Part shown: one piece after another, positions 48,232 through 57,710 of the stretch | Position numbering within the stretch: position 1 is the first letter of the stretch | Layout of the letters: every line of letters starts with the position of its first letter | Assembly (NCBI GenBank): GCA_903867855.1 | Contig: CAIPTA010000144.1 | Location: 10,284 to 74,283, forward strand | Direction of reading: 5' to 3' | DNA from: Oligoflexia bacterium | Lineage (GTDB): Bacteria > Bdellovibrionota > UBA1018 > CAIPTA01 | Length of the DNA: 64,000 nucleotides | The notes under the pieces: model-generated | What the model was told of the DNA's origin: nothing | The model's database searches: none | The model's input: the letters and a program-made list of their open reading frames with translations, nothing else | Program-made: the position numbers and the translations under genes

Positions 48232-49017
48232 ATGAATGCCCTAACGCCTGCAGAGTTTTTGAACAGAGAGTGGTTTTTAAGATTTCAATTCGGCCAGCAC
48301 GAATTGATCTTTGGACAACCAAGTTCCTCCATCCTTGTTTTTGTATTGAGTCTTTTAGCAGTTCTCTTTGGCCTCCGTTTCCTCAGCGATGAGCGAAAAC
48401 AAAAATCTCAATTCTGGTGTGGCCTGGCTCTGGTCCTTAGTGGAGTTGGTTCCGCCGTGGCGGGAATTTATTACCAAGCATTCGGCTATCAAATTCGTTG
48501 TAGTGGTCTGGCTATCTGCGCTTCTACGAGTCTGTGGGAAAGCCTGTATCTTTGCTTATCGAGCATAGGGGTGATGGCATTCCTTTTCGCGATTGCCTAC
48601 TCTAGTCTTCTGGCAAATAAACGAAAATACCTCATTCTTTATGCACTAACAGTAACGTTCACTTATAACGCACTCTTGCTTTTCGGAATTATAAAACAAA
48701 ATTTATTTTTGCTTTCATATGATTTTTCGATCCTATTTACTGCATTTTCCATCCTGATATTGGTTGTGGTGAATGGAGTCGACTATTTAAAGCGTGAAGA
48801 AGAGCTAAGCAGAACCTTGCTTCGATCCTACTTTATTTTATTTTGTACTTCCTGCTCGTACTATCTTTATTACCAGCTGCATCTCACAGAATGGCTTTGG
48901 GCAAGGAATATGTGGTTTTCACAAAATGATGTTTTACACCTTGGTATGATCGTCTGGATTTATTATCTGGGAAATAAACTAGCGCCTCTATTGCATGATA
49001 GGGCGCTAGGTAGCTGA
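48232..49017 (+). CDS. Polytopic membrane protein, unknown function
   Basis: 261 aa with about 7 hydrophobic segments. No recognisable motif. Confidence 0.5.
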   Translation: MNALTPAEFLNREWFLRFQFGQHELIFGQPSSSILVFVLSLLAVLFGLRFLSDERKQKSQFWCGLALVLSGVGSAVAGIYYQAFGYQIRCSGLAICASTSLWESLYLCLSSIGVMAFLFAIAYSSLLANKRKYLILYALTVTFTYNALLLFGIIKQNLFLLSYDFSILFTAFSILILVVVNGVDYLKREEELSRTLLRSYFILFCTSCSYYLYYQLHLTEWLWARNMWFSQNDVLHLGMIVWIYYLGNKLAPLLHDRALGS

Positions 49018-49024
49018 TTTCGGT

Positions 49025-50320
49025 CTATCCGCGCTCAAATGGATTTCTTAGTTCCACAGTTTGATTGCGATCAGGGCCCACAGAGAGAAGCACGGATTTT
49101 ACTTCGAGTTCATCTTCAATATATTTTAGGTAGTCGGCGAGTGCTTGAGGGATTTTTTTGACGTCACTAAGATCGGTGATCTCTTCATTCCAAGCCTTCA
49201 AGGTTTTATAAACAGGTTTCGTTCCGGCCAACTCTTCAATCGAAGCGGGAAGGGTGGTGAGCTTTTTGCCTTTATATTCGTAGGCTGTGCAAACTTGAAT
49301 TTCATCGAGGCCGCTCAATACATCGAGCTTCGTGATGGCAAGACCAGTGAAGCCATTAATATTGCGCGCGTGGCGAAGAGCCACTAGATCGAGCCAGCCA
49401 CAACGACGTTTGCGCCCGGTGGTAGCGCCAAATTCATTGCCTACTTTTTGCAGACGCTCGCCAACAGGATTGAGTTGCTCTGTTGGAAAGGGGCCGCTAC
49501 CTACGCGAGTGGTATAGGCTTTCACAATCGCAATCACTTCATGCACAGAGGTTGGCGGAATACCCGCGCCAGTAGTGGCTCCGCCGCTAGTGGTATTAGA
49601 GCTAGTTACGAAAGGATAAGTGCCTTGGTCGATATCAAGGAGAGCGCCTTGCGCACCTTCGAAAAGAATTTTCTTTTTGCTGCGAATGCCCGCGTGAAGA
49701 ATTTCATTGGTGTCCGTTACATAAGGGCGAATTTTTTCGCCGAGTGCAAGAAAGTGATCGAGCACAGCATTCACATCAATGGGCTTTTCGCCGTAGAGGT
49801 GGGTGAGCAGACAGTTTTTTTCCGTGACGGTTTCATCAAGACGGGATTTCAAATAGCTCGCATTCATAAGATCGCCGATACGAATCCCGATGCGTGAAAT
49901 TTTATCCGCATAGGCGGGGCCAATACCGCGACCCGTGGTGCCAATATTGGTGCTGCCCTTCGCCTTTTCACGAAGCTGATCAAGTTGCTTATGGTAAGGC
50001 ATGATCACATGTGCCCGATCACTGATGTGGACGCGAGAATTTTTTAGGTAGCCGCTGGCTTTAAGCGTTTCTAGTTCGTGCAGGAAAATTTCTGCGTCTA
50101 CCACTACGCCATTACCAATTAAGCATGTTTTGTCGGCGTGGAGAGCTGCGGCAGGAATCAGGTGGAGTACTACTTTTTTTCCGTCTACAACGAGGGTGTG
50201 GCCAGCATTATTGCCGCCTTGGTAACGCACGATAATCTCTGCGTGCTTGCCGTAGATATCAACAACTTTGCCTTTGCCTTCATCGCCCCACTGGGCTCCG
50301 ATTACTGCTACATTAGCCAT
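49025..50320 (-). CDS. purA: Adenylosuccinate synthetase
   Basis: GAQWGDEGKGK, GGNNAGHT, TTGRGIGPAYADK, FGATTGRKRRCGW. Start set at MANVAVIG (ATG 50320). Confidence 0.95.
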   Translation of the reverse strand: MANVAVIGAQWGDEGKGKVVDIYGKHAEIIVRYQGGNNAGHTLVVDGKKVVLHLIPAAALHADKTCLIGNGVVVDAEIFLHELETLKASGYLKNSRVHISDRAHVIMPYHKQLDQLREKAKGSTNIGTTGRGIGPAYADKISRIGIRIGDLMNASYLKSRLDETVTEKNCLLTHLYGEKPIDVNAVLDHFLALGEKIRPYVTDTNEILHAGIRSKKKILFEGAQGALLDIDQGTYPFVTSSNTTSGGATTGAGIPPTSVHEVIAIVKAYTTRVGSGPFPTEQLNPVGERLQKVGNEFGATTGRKRRCGWLDLVALRHARNINGFTGLAITKLDVLSGLDEIQVCTAYEYKGKKLTTLPASIEELAGTKPVYKTLKAWNEEITDLSDVKKIPQALADYLKYIEDELEVKSVLLSVGPDRNQTVELRNPFERG

Positions 50321-50322
50321 GA

Positions 50323-51300
50323 TTACTTGCACTCCTCTGCATTGACTGCGTTGTTGGTGATACCATTTTTATAGTAGGCGATCATAGAGTTAGCCGCAGC
50401 AATGCCTACTTTTTTTTGCGCTTCCTTCGTAGCGGCACCAATATGTGGCGCACAAATCACTTTTGGGTGTTGCACAAGGGGATGATTCGCTCCTGTGGGC
50501 TCCGTTTGGAATACATCCAAGGCAGCTCCAGCGAGAGTGCCATCGTTTAGAGCGGCTAGAAGAGCTTCTTCGTTCACAATGCCGCCGCGAGCAGTGTGAA
50601 TAAGATAAGATCCCTTTTTCATTTTAGAAAATTGGGCAGCCCCTAGGAGATTTTTCGTAGAATCCACGAGCGGTAGATGCACGCTGATCACATCACTAGC
50701 GGCGAGCGCATCTTCTACTGTTGCGGCCCAGTTTTTTACGAAGGAATTTTCTGGTTTTTGTCGAAGTTCGTTCGCGTGAAGACTATAGGCTACTACCGAC
50801 ATTCCCAGAGAGTGACAGATTCTCCCTACTTGGCTACCAATCGCGCCGAAGCCGAGAATGCCGATCGTGCGTCCGGCGGCTTCGTGGCCCACAAGTTCCT
50901 TTTTCTCCCAGAGATTTTGCTTCATGCCGCTGGTGGCGCGTGGAATTTCGCGGAGTAAGCTAAAGAGAAAGCCGAGGGTGAGCTCTGCTACTGCATTATT
51001 GTTTACGCCGGGAGTATTGAAAACGAGGATTTTCTTGGCGGAGGCGTGGGCCACATCCACATTGTCCACGCCAGCTCCTGCGCGCATGATAACTTTTAAG
51101 TTGGTGGCGCAATCGATTAGTTCTTTAGTCATCTTGGTGGCAGAGCGAATCACCACAACTTCAAAGTCTGAAAGAATTTTTTTTAGAGCTTCTTTTTCGA
51201 TCGATTTGTGTGCAGAGATTTCAAAGTGTTCACTTTGTTCAAGAAGCGCCAGGCCCTCGGAAGAGAGCCCGTCTGTAATCAGCACTTTGATCTTGTTCAT
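50323..51300 (-). CDS. D-isomer-specific 2-hydroxyacid dehydrogenase (phosphoglycerate dehydrogenase-like, no ACT domain)
   Basis: 325 aa. NAD motif GILGFGAIGSQVGR, HTARGGIVNEEAL, LDVFQTEP, PHIGAAT. Confidence 0.8.
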   Translation of the reverse strand: MNKIKVLITDGLSSEGLALLEQSEHFEISAHKSIEKEALKKILSDFEVVVIRSATKMTKELIDCATNLKVIMRAGAGVDNVDVAHASAKKILVFNTPGVNNNAVAELTLGFLFSLLREIPRATSGMKQNLWEKKELVGHEAAGRTIGILGFGAIGSQVGRICHSLGMSVVAYSLHANELRQKPENSFVKNWAATVEDALAASDVISVHLPLVDSTKNLLGAAQFSKMKKGSYLIHTARGGIVNEEALLAALNDGTLAGAALDVFQTEPTGANHPLVQHPKVICAPHIGAATKEAQKKVGIAAANSMIAYYKNGITNNAVNAEECK

Positions 51301-51317
51301 GGGTCCATCAGAATGGA

Positions 51318-51581
51318 TTAGTGCTTAACGCGTTTGCTATTCTTAGCTTCGTTTTTTTCTTCGCGAACTTTATCGAAGATCGCTAGGGCTTCATCGCGCA
51401 AATCATTCTCATGCACAAAGCGATAGAATGCTTCCATATCAGCCTGCTGGCGAAAATTCTTCGGCACACCATTTACCATCGCAGAAGCTAGATTTTTGGC
51501 AAGTGCCTCTTCGCTGTCTTCGCTTTCCACGGTTGGTTCGATTTCATCTTCGTCAATTTCGGCTGCTTTATTGGTTGTCAT
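51318..51581 (-). CDS. Small acidic hypothetical protein
   Basis: 87 aa. Asp/Glu-rich N-terminus and basic C-terminus. Sits between the sigma54 activator and the dehydrogenase gene. Confidence 0.45.
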   Translation of the reverse strand: MTTNKAAEIDEDEIEPTVESEDSEEALAKNLASAMVNGVPKNFRQQADMEAFYRFVHENDLRDEALAIFDKVREEKNEAKNSKRVKH

Positions 51582-51596
51582 TCTTGGTGCCTCTGC

Positions 51597-53261
51597 TTAC
51601 TGAATATTGTTTTGTTCTAGCACATCTGCGCCATTTTCCAATAACCCATAGCGGTGAAGCTTGTTATAGAGGGTTTTAATGGTGATGCCGAGCACCTTAG
51701 CCGTCTTCGTCTTATTCCCGTGCTGGAAGGCCAACATCTGGAGAATATGGTTCTTTTCGAGACTATCAAGCGTCATGGCCACGGTAGTGGCACCATGATT
51801 GCTTTGGGGGGCATCGCTAGGATTGGTGCTTTGCGCCATGCGAATATTGAAGGGCAGATCATCCAATTTAATGTCAGGACCTTCCGCCAAGATCTTCAAT
51901 TGCTCGATCGCATTTTGCAATTCACGGATATTGCCGGGCCAAGCATAGGTTTTGAGGGCATCCATCGCACGTGCTTCCACGCCAAGGTGACGTGTGCTGC
52001 CATAACGATTGCTTTCTAAGAAATGCTTCACGAGCTGAGGAATATCTTCCTGACGTTTTCGGAGAGGAGGCACGCGCAGGGTGATCGTGTTGAGGCGGTA
52101 GAAAAGATCTTCGCGGAAACGTCCGTTCTTCACTTCGTGTTCAAGGTCGCGATTGGTAGCAGAGAGCACTCGCACATCCACGCGGATAGGAGTCTTGCCG
52201 CCGATGCGATACATTTCGCCCTCTTGCAGGAAGCGCAGGAGCTTTGCCTGAATATTGAGGCTCATCTCTCCGATTTCATCTAGGAAGATCGTGCCGCCGT
52301 CAGCGGTTTCTGCAAGACCCAATTTTTGGGCAACAGCACCAGTGAAGGATCCTTTTTCGTGACCGAACAATTCACTCTCAAGCAGGCTCTCTTGAAGAGC
52401 GCCGCAGTTGATGGTTACGAAAGGTTTGTCAGCGCGATCACTTTGTTTGTGAATACGGTGAGCCACGAGTTCTTTACCCGTGCCGCTTTCACCCTGAATG
52501 AGCACGGAAACGCGGGTGGGGGCGATCTTATCTGTCATCGAAAGCATAGTGAGCACGGCAGAGGATTGCCCGATGATCATCTTGGAATCGCTGGAGCGAT
52601 TCACGATCGTTTTGAGGGCGCGGTTTTCTTTTTGGAGCAGCTTTTGTTGCTCCATGATGCGCTCGTTAGCGATGCGAAGTTCGTGAGTTTTTTCTTCTAC
52701 GATTTTTTGCAGCTCTTTATTGAAAGAATTTACTTTATTGTAGAGCTGGGCGTTCGCGAGCGCGAGAGATACTTGTGCGCCAATGCCTTCCATCACGTAG
52801 AGATCGTGCTCGTCGAAAGCGTTGGCCTGAGCGGCTTCCACGTTCAGCACGCCTGTGAGTTCTTTTTTGGAGTTCACGATAGGCACGCAAAGAGCGGATT
52901 TTGTTTTCACGGGAAACTTAAGCGAAGTAAAATTTTTATCCTGGCTAATATCGTTCGAGATAAAACCTTTTTTGGTTTTGATCACGTGACCGATAATACC
53001 TTCGTTGCGAAGTTGGAATCCGGGCGAAAGGAAGCTCGTATAGGCTCCTTCGTGGGCTTGAAGTGTAGCAACGCCTTCGGCATTACTCGTCCATAAACTA
53101 ATATAGTAGTAGTTGAAACGGCTCTGAATAATCTTCAAAGTTTCTTTGTAGAGGTTTTCCGCATTCAAAAGACCCTGCAGCATATGGCTGAGCTCATTCA
53201 GCATCTGTAGCTGGGCTCTATCCTTGCTGAGTGCAAGATTTTGTAGTTCTGTGTTTTCCAT
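51597..53261 (-). CDS. Sigma-54-dependent transcriptional activator with N-terminal GAF domain
   Basis: AAA+ motifs GESGTGKE and EKGSFTGA (GAFTGA-type), C-terminal Fis-type HTH (NKTKTAKVLGITIKTLYNKL). Start set at ATG 53261 (MENTELQ) with GGAGGGA upstream. Confidence 0.85.
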   Translation of the reverse strand: MENTELQNLALSKDRAQLQMLNELSHMLQGLLNAENLYKETLKIIQSRFNYYYISLWTSNAEGVATLQAHEGAYTSFLSPGFQLRNEGIIGHVIKTKKGFISNDISQDKNFTSLKFPVKTKSALCVPIVNSKKELTGVLNVEAAQANAFDEHDLYVMEGIGAQVSLALANAQLYNKVNSFNKELQKIVEEKTHELRIANERIMEQQKLLQKENRALKTIVNRSSDSKMIIGQSSAVLTMLSMTDKIAPTRVSVLIQGESGTGKELVAHRIHKQSDRADKPFVTINCGALQESLLESELFGHEKGSFTGAVAQKLGLAETADGGTIFLDEIGEMSLNIQAKLLRFLQEGEMYRIGGKTPIRVDVRVLSATNRDLEHEVKNGRFREDLFYRLNTITLRVPPLRKRQEDIPQLVKHFLESNRYGSTRHLGVEARAMDALKTYAWPGNIRELQNAIEQLKILAEGPDIKLDDLPFNIRMAQSTNPSDAPQSNHGATTVAMTLDSLEKNHILQMLAFQHGNKTKTAKVLGITIKTLYNKLHRYGLLENGADVLEQNNIQ

Positions 53262-53492
53262 ACATCCCTCCAATAACGCTATTCCCGCCAATGCCCCTTT
53301 TTTGAAGGGTTTACCACCGTTGGCGCAGGGCATGGTATAAAATATACACGGAAAGCGCAAGGGGTGACTGGATAAAAATTATCCATATAAATTATTTATT
53401 GCTTCAACTATATGAAATGATTAAGGTAAAATCACTTCTAGTTATATTGCTCTGCGCAATGTGGCGATCCAATGTCTAAGGGATTCAAGCAT

Positions 53493-54461
53493 TTAGCCGC
53501 GCGGTGGTTTTTTGGAATAGCTGCGGCTACTCGCATGGAATTCCTTCGTAAGCTTTTGAAAGTTTTTCAGTCGAGCCAGGGGGAGCTCTCCATCCTGAAC
53601 GGCCTTCTGAACAGCGCAGGAGGGTTCGCTCTCGTGAGTGCAATTTCGAAAGCGGCACTTCAAGGCTAGTGCGTCGATTTCTGGAAAGGAGTTCACATCT
53701 TCTGCCTTCGCGGAGGCGAGTGAGCGCATTCCTGGAGTATCAATCAAACAGGCGCCTTCGGGAGAAAGCAAAAGTTTTCTCGAGGTAGTGGTGTGCTTGC
53801 CCTTGCCGTCATAGCTGCGGGTTGTGCCAGTCTGCTGCTTGCTCTCGGATAGCAATGTATTTACGAGGGTGGATTTCCCCACGCCCGATGATCCCATGAG
53901 GGCGATGGTCTGGCCGCTGCTTAATCTAGCTCGTAAGGAGTCAGTGCCGCTGCCCGTGACGGAGCTAACCGAAATAATCGCAATAGAGTTTAGGCGCTTC
54001 TCGATGCTGGCAAGATCTGCCTGATACAAATCAGATTTCGTAAGCACTAAGATTGGCTCTACTCGAGCGTCTACGGCCATGGTGATGTAGCGCTCCGTGA
54101 GCTCTAAACTAAAGTGTTCATCGGCGCAGGTCACGATCCAAAGTTCGTCTACATTGGCCACCATCGGTTGGCTAAGGCCAGTGTTTCCGGCGGCAGCGCG
54201 CTCCAATAGATTGCGCCTTGGTAGAATTTCCTGCACCCAAAATAGTTTCTCGGAAAGGCTACCTAGCAGCCAATCGCCTACGCAAACATTGCCATCACCG
54301 AGTGATTTCTGTAGCTGCCCAGACATTTCGGCAAAAAAATTACCCTCTGCCGCTGTTACGAAAAGCCCCTTACGCTGCACTTCGATTACGCGAGCAGGAA
54401 TTAGCGGCGGTTTCGCGAGCTTCGGATTCCAGCCAAGTTGCTCTAGTTTGCCGGACCCCAT
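53493..54461 (-). CDS. rsgA: Ribosome small-subunit-dependent GTPase A
   Basis: 322 aa. Circularly permuted GTPase motifs (LTKSDL, GSSGVGKSTLVN, DTPG) and Zn motif CRFRNCTHESEPSCAV. Confidence 0.9.
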   Translation of the reverse strand: MGSGKLEQLGWNPKLAKPPLIPARVIEVQRKGLFVTAAEGNFFAEMSGQLQKSLGDGNVCVGDWLLGSLSEKLFWVQEILPRRNLLERAAAGNTGLSQPMVANVDELWIVTCADEHFSLELTERYITMAVDARVEPILVLTKSDLYQADLASIEKRLNSIAIISVSSVTGSGTDSLRARLSSGQTIALMGSSGVGKSTLVNTLLSESKQQTGTTRSYDGKGKHTTTSRKLLLSPEGACLIDTPGMRSLASAKAEDVNSFPEIDALALKCRFRNCTHESEPSCAVQKAVQDGELPLARLKNFQKLTKEFHASSRSYSKKPPRG

Positions 54462-55747
54462 TTAGGTGCCTCGCAGTTACCGTAGTCTGAGGTGATTTGC
54501 CTGTGCACGGTATTGTCGATATTAGTAATATATAGATTTCGTTTACCCTTGCGATTAGAGCTGTATACCAGGAAGTAACCATCCGGAGCGAAGTCAGGGT
54601 CTTCATTATCGCCCATATTTTTTGTTAAGCGCTCGATGCTGGATCCATCCGGACTCATGATAAAAATATCAAATTTACCAGCATCCCAGCCGGCGAAAGC
54701 AATTTTATTCCCCTGGGGCGACCAGCTTGGAGTGGCGTTATAATCACCGGCAAAGGTGAGGCGAGTTACATTCGCGCCATTCGCATCCATTTTGTAAATC
54801 ATTGGCCGACCCGCACGATCGGAAACGAAAGCAATGGAATTGCCATCTGGGCTCCAACTCGGATCCACATCTAAGCCATAGCTATTGGTTAAACGTTGCG
54901 CCACCTTGGTGACAGGATCCATCACAAATATTTCAGGATTTCCAGGAAAGCTCATGGTGAGGGCAATACGTTTTCCGTCAGGGGAGAAGTTTGCACCGGA
55001 GTTGATCCCGTTACGATTGGAGATCATGTTGATCTTGCCACTGGGGAGATCGTACATAAATAAATTATGATTACGGATATTGTGTTGATCACGCGTTATA
55101 GCGGTGAAGGCGATTTTGTGACCATCGCGTGACCATGCTGGCGCCATGGCGTGCGCAAAGTGAGAGGTTACTTTCACGATATTGTAGCCATCGTAATCCA
55201 TCACATAGACTTCTTTTTTACCGGTTTTATCGGAAACAAAGGCAATCTTCGAGGTGAAGGGGCCTTTCTTGCCGCTCAAAGCGAAGAGCACATCATCGGC
55301 GAGAGTGTGGCCGAGTTTGCGAGAGGTATCTGTGCTGGCATGATATTTCTTCGCGAAGATTTCCTTGTTACTGGTGGTGGAGTAGAGGTGCATCTCTAGC
55401 TCGATCCCGTTTGCGCTAACGCTACCTTTTCCTTTTAGCAGAAATTCTGCACCGATGGAGCTCCAGTCCGTCATTTTAAAGCTGCCAGCAGTGATGCCCG
55501 CATTTCCTTGTTCGATGAAGGCCGTGGGATTCATGAACTCGAAGAGACCGGAGAAGGCAAGATCTTCTGTGGCTACTTCGCGAACAGATCGTACTCTTCC
55601 TTCCATATCGTTAGTGGCGGTAACGGTTGGAAAGGCAACGATGGATTTGCGAGTGCGCGCATCGCCCACCGCGATCTTGAGTAGGGGTTCATCGGCAAAT
55701 GCTAGGGAACTTGCTAGGGTGAGAAGGAGTAAAAAATATTTTTTCAT
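54443..55747 (-). CDS. tolB: Tol-Pal system beta-propeller protein TolB
   Basis: 434 aa. Signal peptide, N-terminal TolB domain, repeated P-x-WS-(P/R)-DG blades. Confidence 0.9.
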   Translation of the reverse strand: MKKYFLLLLTLASSLAFADEPLLKIAVGDARTRKSIVAFPTVTATNDMEGRVRSVREVATEDLAFSGLFEFMNPTAFIEQGNAGITAGSFKMTDWSSIGAEFLLKGKGSVSANGIELEMHLYSTTSNKEIFAKKYHASTDTSRKLGHTLADDVLFALSGKKGPFTSKIAFVSDKTGKKEVYVMDYDGYNIVKVTSHFAHAMAPAWSRDGHKIAFTAITRDQHNIRNHNLFMYDLPSGKINMISNRNGINSGANFSPDGKRIALTMSFPGNPEIFVMDPVTKVAQRLTNSYGLDVDPSWSPDGNSIAFVSDRAGRPMIYKMDANGANVTRLTFAGDYNATPSWSPQGNKIAFAGWDAGKFDIFIMSPDGSSIERLTKNMGDNEDPDFAPDGYFLVYSSNRKGKRNLYITNIDNTVHRQITSDYGNCEAPKWGPAN

Positions 55748-56535
55748 ATAGGAAATAGTACCTCTATACCAGAGCTGCGTAAACCTGGAGCCATCTCTGC
55801 GGGGGGGGGAGCAAAATTGCTATTATTGATCGCCGACTTCACGCAATTATCGAAAACCTCGTTACCGGATTTTTGCAGGAATTGAAAGCTCATCACTTTC
55901 CCTTTTGCATCAATATAGATTCTAACCGCTGCGCGTAGTTTTTCTGACTGCAACCAAACCGGAATAATCCAATTTGAACGCAATACATCCGTGATATGAG
56001 CGCCATAGGCATTCATTGTGGATTCCATGGTGCCGCTCATGCTGGTGCCCTGATGGAGCTGGTTGCCACGATTCACGGATCGATAGCGCTCCTGGAATTT
56101 TTTGAGTTCTTCTTTCTGCTTTTGTTGCTCTGCCGCTTTTTCTTTATTCACTTCGCGCTTTAGCTTCTCAATTGCGCTTTCCGCGGCCACTTCTGGATTC
56201 TTTATCTTCGCCGGCTTCGCTACAGGAATTGGGGCAGGAGTTGGCGCAGCTTTCACTGGCACAGGCACTGGAGTGGTTTTTTTCACTTCCTCTTTGATGG
56301 GCTCTGGCGGCGGAGCCTTATCTTTCACCGGTAAAGTGGGATCAACCACTTGAGCATTATTGTTTTTTGCCTCACTGGGGAGGGCCACCATATCTACCTG
56401 AATCGCAGGAAGATAGAGCTTGGCAGAGCTCGGAAAAAGTCTATTGGAGGCGATTACGAGAACAAAGAGCGCGAGATGAGCGAGCAGAGAAGCGAAGATA
56501 AATTTTTCGGTGCGTTTCGCCTCACTTGTAGGCAT
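55744..56535 (-). CDS. tolA: TolA-like protein (TonB/TolA C-terminal domain)
   Basis: 263 aa. N-terminal TM helix, Pro/Lys-rich spacer, Lys/Glu coiled coil, C-terminal TonB_C-like domain. Position between tolR and tolB. Confidence 0.7.
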   Translation of the reverse strand: MPTSEAKRTEKFIFASLLAHLALFVLVIASNRLFPSSAKLYLPAIQVDMVALPSEAKNNNAQVVDPTLPVKDKAPPPEPIKEEVKKTTPVPVPVKAAPTPAPIPVAKPAKIKNPEVAAESAIEKLKREVNKEKAAEQQKQKEELKKFQERYRSVNRGNQLHQGTSMSGTMESTMNAYGAHITDVLRSNWIIPVWLQSEKLRAAVRIYIDAKGKVMSFQFLQKSGNEVFDNCVKSAINNSNFAPPPAEMAPGLRSSGIEVLFPI

Positions 56536-56537
56536 AT

Positions 56538-56978
56538 CTACCTATCTTTCGGCTCTGTCACTAAACCTATTTTGGAAATTCCTGCGCCTTGCACTGTAGC
56601 CATCACATTAGCCACAGTTCCATAGGAGATGGAGCGATCGGCTTGAATAAATATTTCCTTCTTTTCCCGAGTTTCATAAATCGCGCGGAGTTTACTGCCG
56701 AGATCGGCGGCAGATATTTCTCGTCCATTGATATTGGTAGAACCATTTTTTTCAATCACTAGAACGATAGCTTTCTCTTGTTCATCGAGGGCGGGTGATT
56801 TCGTTTTGGGTAAACTTACCTGAATGCCTTGTTGCATGAGCGGGGCGCTCACCATGAAAATAATCAGAAGCACAAGCATCACATCCACTAGCGGAGTTAC
56901 ATTAATCTCCGAGATCGGCGCATGGCTTGGAGTGCCGGGCGAAAGGTGGTTGTTCTTATTGTGCTGAAATCCAGCCAT
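56538..56978 (-). CDS. tolR: TolR/ExbD biopolymer transport protein
   Basis: 146 aa. INVTPLVDVMLVLLIIFMV with the conserved Asp. Confidence 0.85.
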   Translation of the reverse strand: MAGFQHNKNNHLSPGTPSHAPISEINVTPLVDVMLVLLIIFMVSAPLMQQGIQVSLPKTKSPALDEQEKAIVLVIEKNGSTNINGREISAADLGSKLRAIYETREKKEIFIQADRSISYGTVANVMATVQGAGISKIGLVTEPKDR

Positions 56979-57652
56979 TAAATCGCGCCTTCTCTTTGTA
57001 GCAAGTTTAAGAGATCTTGGTGAAAGGAATCGAGGGCGATGGATTGACCACGAATTTTGCCTTGTAAAAAGTTATAGCCAACACCCGCTGGAATGGCCGC
57101 AGCAAGACCTACCGCTGTAGCAATGAGTGCTTCCGAAATTCCAGGTGCTACAGCGGCAAGATTTGCACTGCCCGAGGCACCGATGGATTGAAAGCTATTC
57201 ATAATTCCCCAAACCGTTCCAAAGAGTCCGATGAAGGGCGCAGTGCTTGCTGTAGTGGCAAGCCAAGCAGTGGAGTATTCGAGGGTGGCAAGTTCGTTGC
57301 TTTGGGCTTTGCGAAGGGCGCGGATCACAATGTCGCCACGTAGGCCTTCTTGTGCTTCGCTGTCGCCAAGTTTGCGCAGCTCACGAATTGCGGCCTGGAA
57401 ACTTCTCGCTACAGGGCTCAAGGGATAATCACTGGCGCGACTAAAGGCTTCCGAAATATTCCAGCCTCCCCAAAATCCATTTAAGAATTGTTCATTTTGA
57501 TTGGCTGCCTGCTTCAGCAGTTGCCGCTTCATGAGGATAACGGCCCAGGATCCTACGCTCGCGGTAAACAAAAGCAATAAGACGAGTTTTACGATCGGGC
57601 CGGCGTTTAAAATGAGATCGAGGGCATTGAGGTGCATGTCGGTATTTTGCAT
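56978..57652 (-). CDS. tolQ: TolQ/ExbB proton-channel protein
   Basis: 224 aa. MotA/TolQ/ExbB signature LATTASTAPFIGLFGTVWGIM ... VAPGISEALIATAVGL. Confidence 0.85.
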   Translation of the reverse strand: MQNTDMHLNALDLILNAGPIVKLVLLLLFTASVGSWAVILMKRQLLKQAANQNEQFLNGFWGGWNISEAFSRASDYPLSPVARSFQAAIRELRKLGDSEAQEGLRGDIVIRALRKAQSNELATLEYSTAWLATTASTAPFIGLFGTVWGIMNSFQSIGASGSANLAAVAPGISEALIATAVGLAAAIPAGVGYNFLQGKIRGQSIALDSFHQDLLNLLQREGAI

Positions 57653-57710
57653 GCCCCTAGCTTATTTGTTGCTATGAGAAAAGGAAACCTGGAAACAGGT
57701 AAGAAGGGGT

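Noticed and set aside
52326-53096. Long antisense ORFs: 256 aa opposite the sigma-54 activator, 1945-2769 opposite gdhA, 46723-47145 opposite motA, 37781-38284 opposite kamA, and many others.
   Set aside because: These are shadow ORFs opposite strongly supported genes. Their composition is biased and shows no motifs.
53370-53384. An inverted repeat GGATAA-AAA-TTATCC lies in the AT-rich region upstream of the sigma-54 activator gene.
   Set aside because: Short repeats like this arise readily in AT-rich DNA. It is a possible regulator site but is unsupported.
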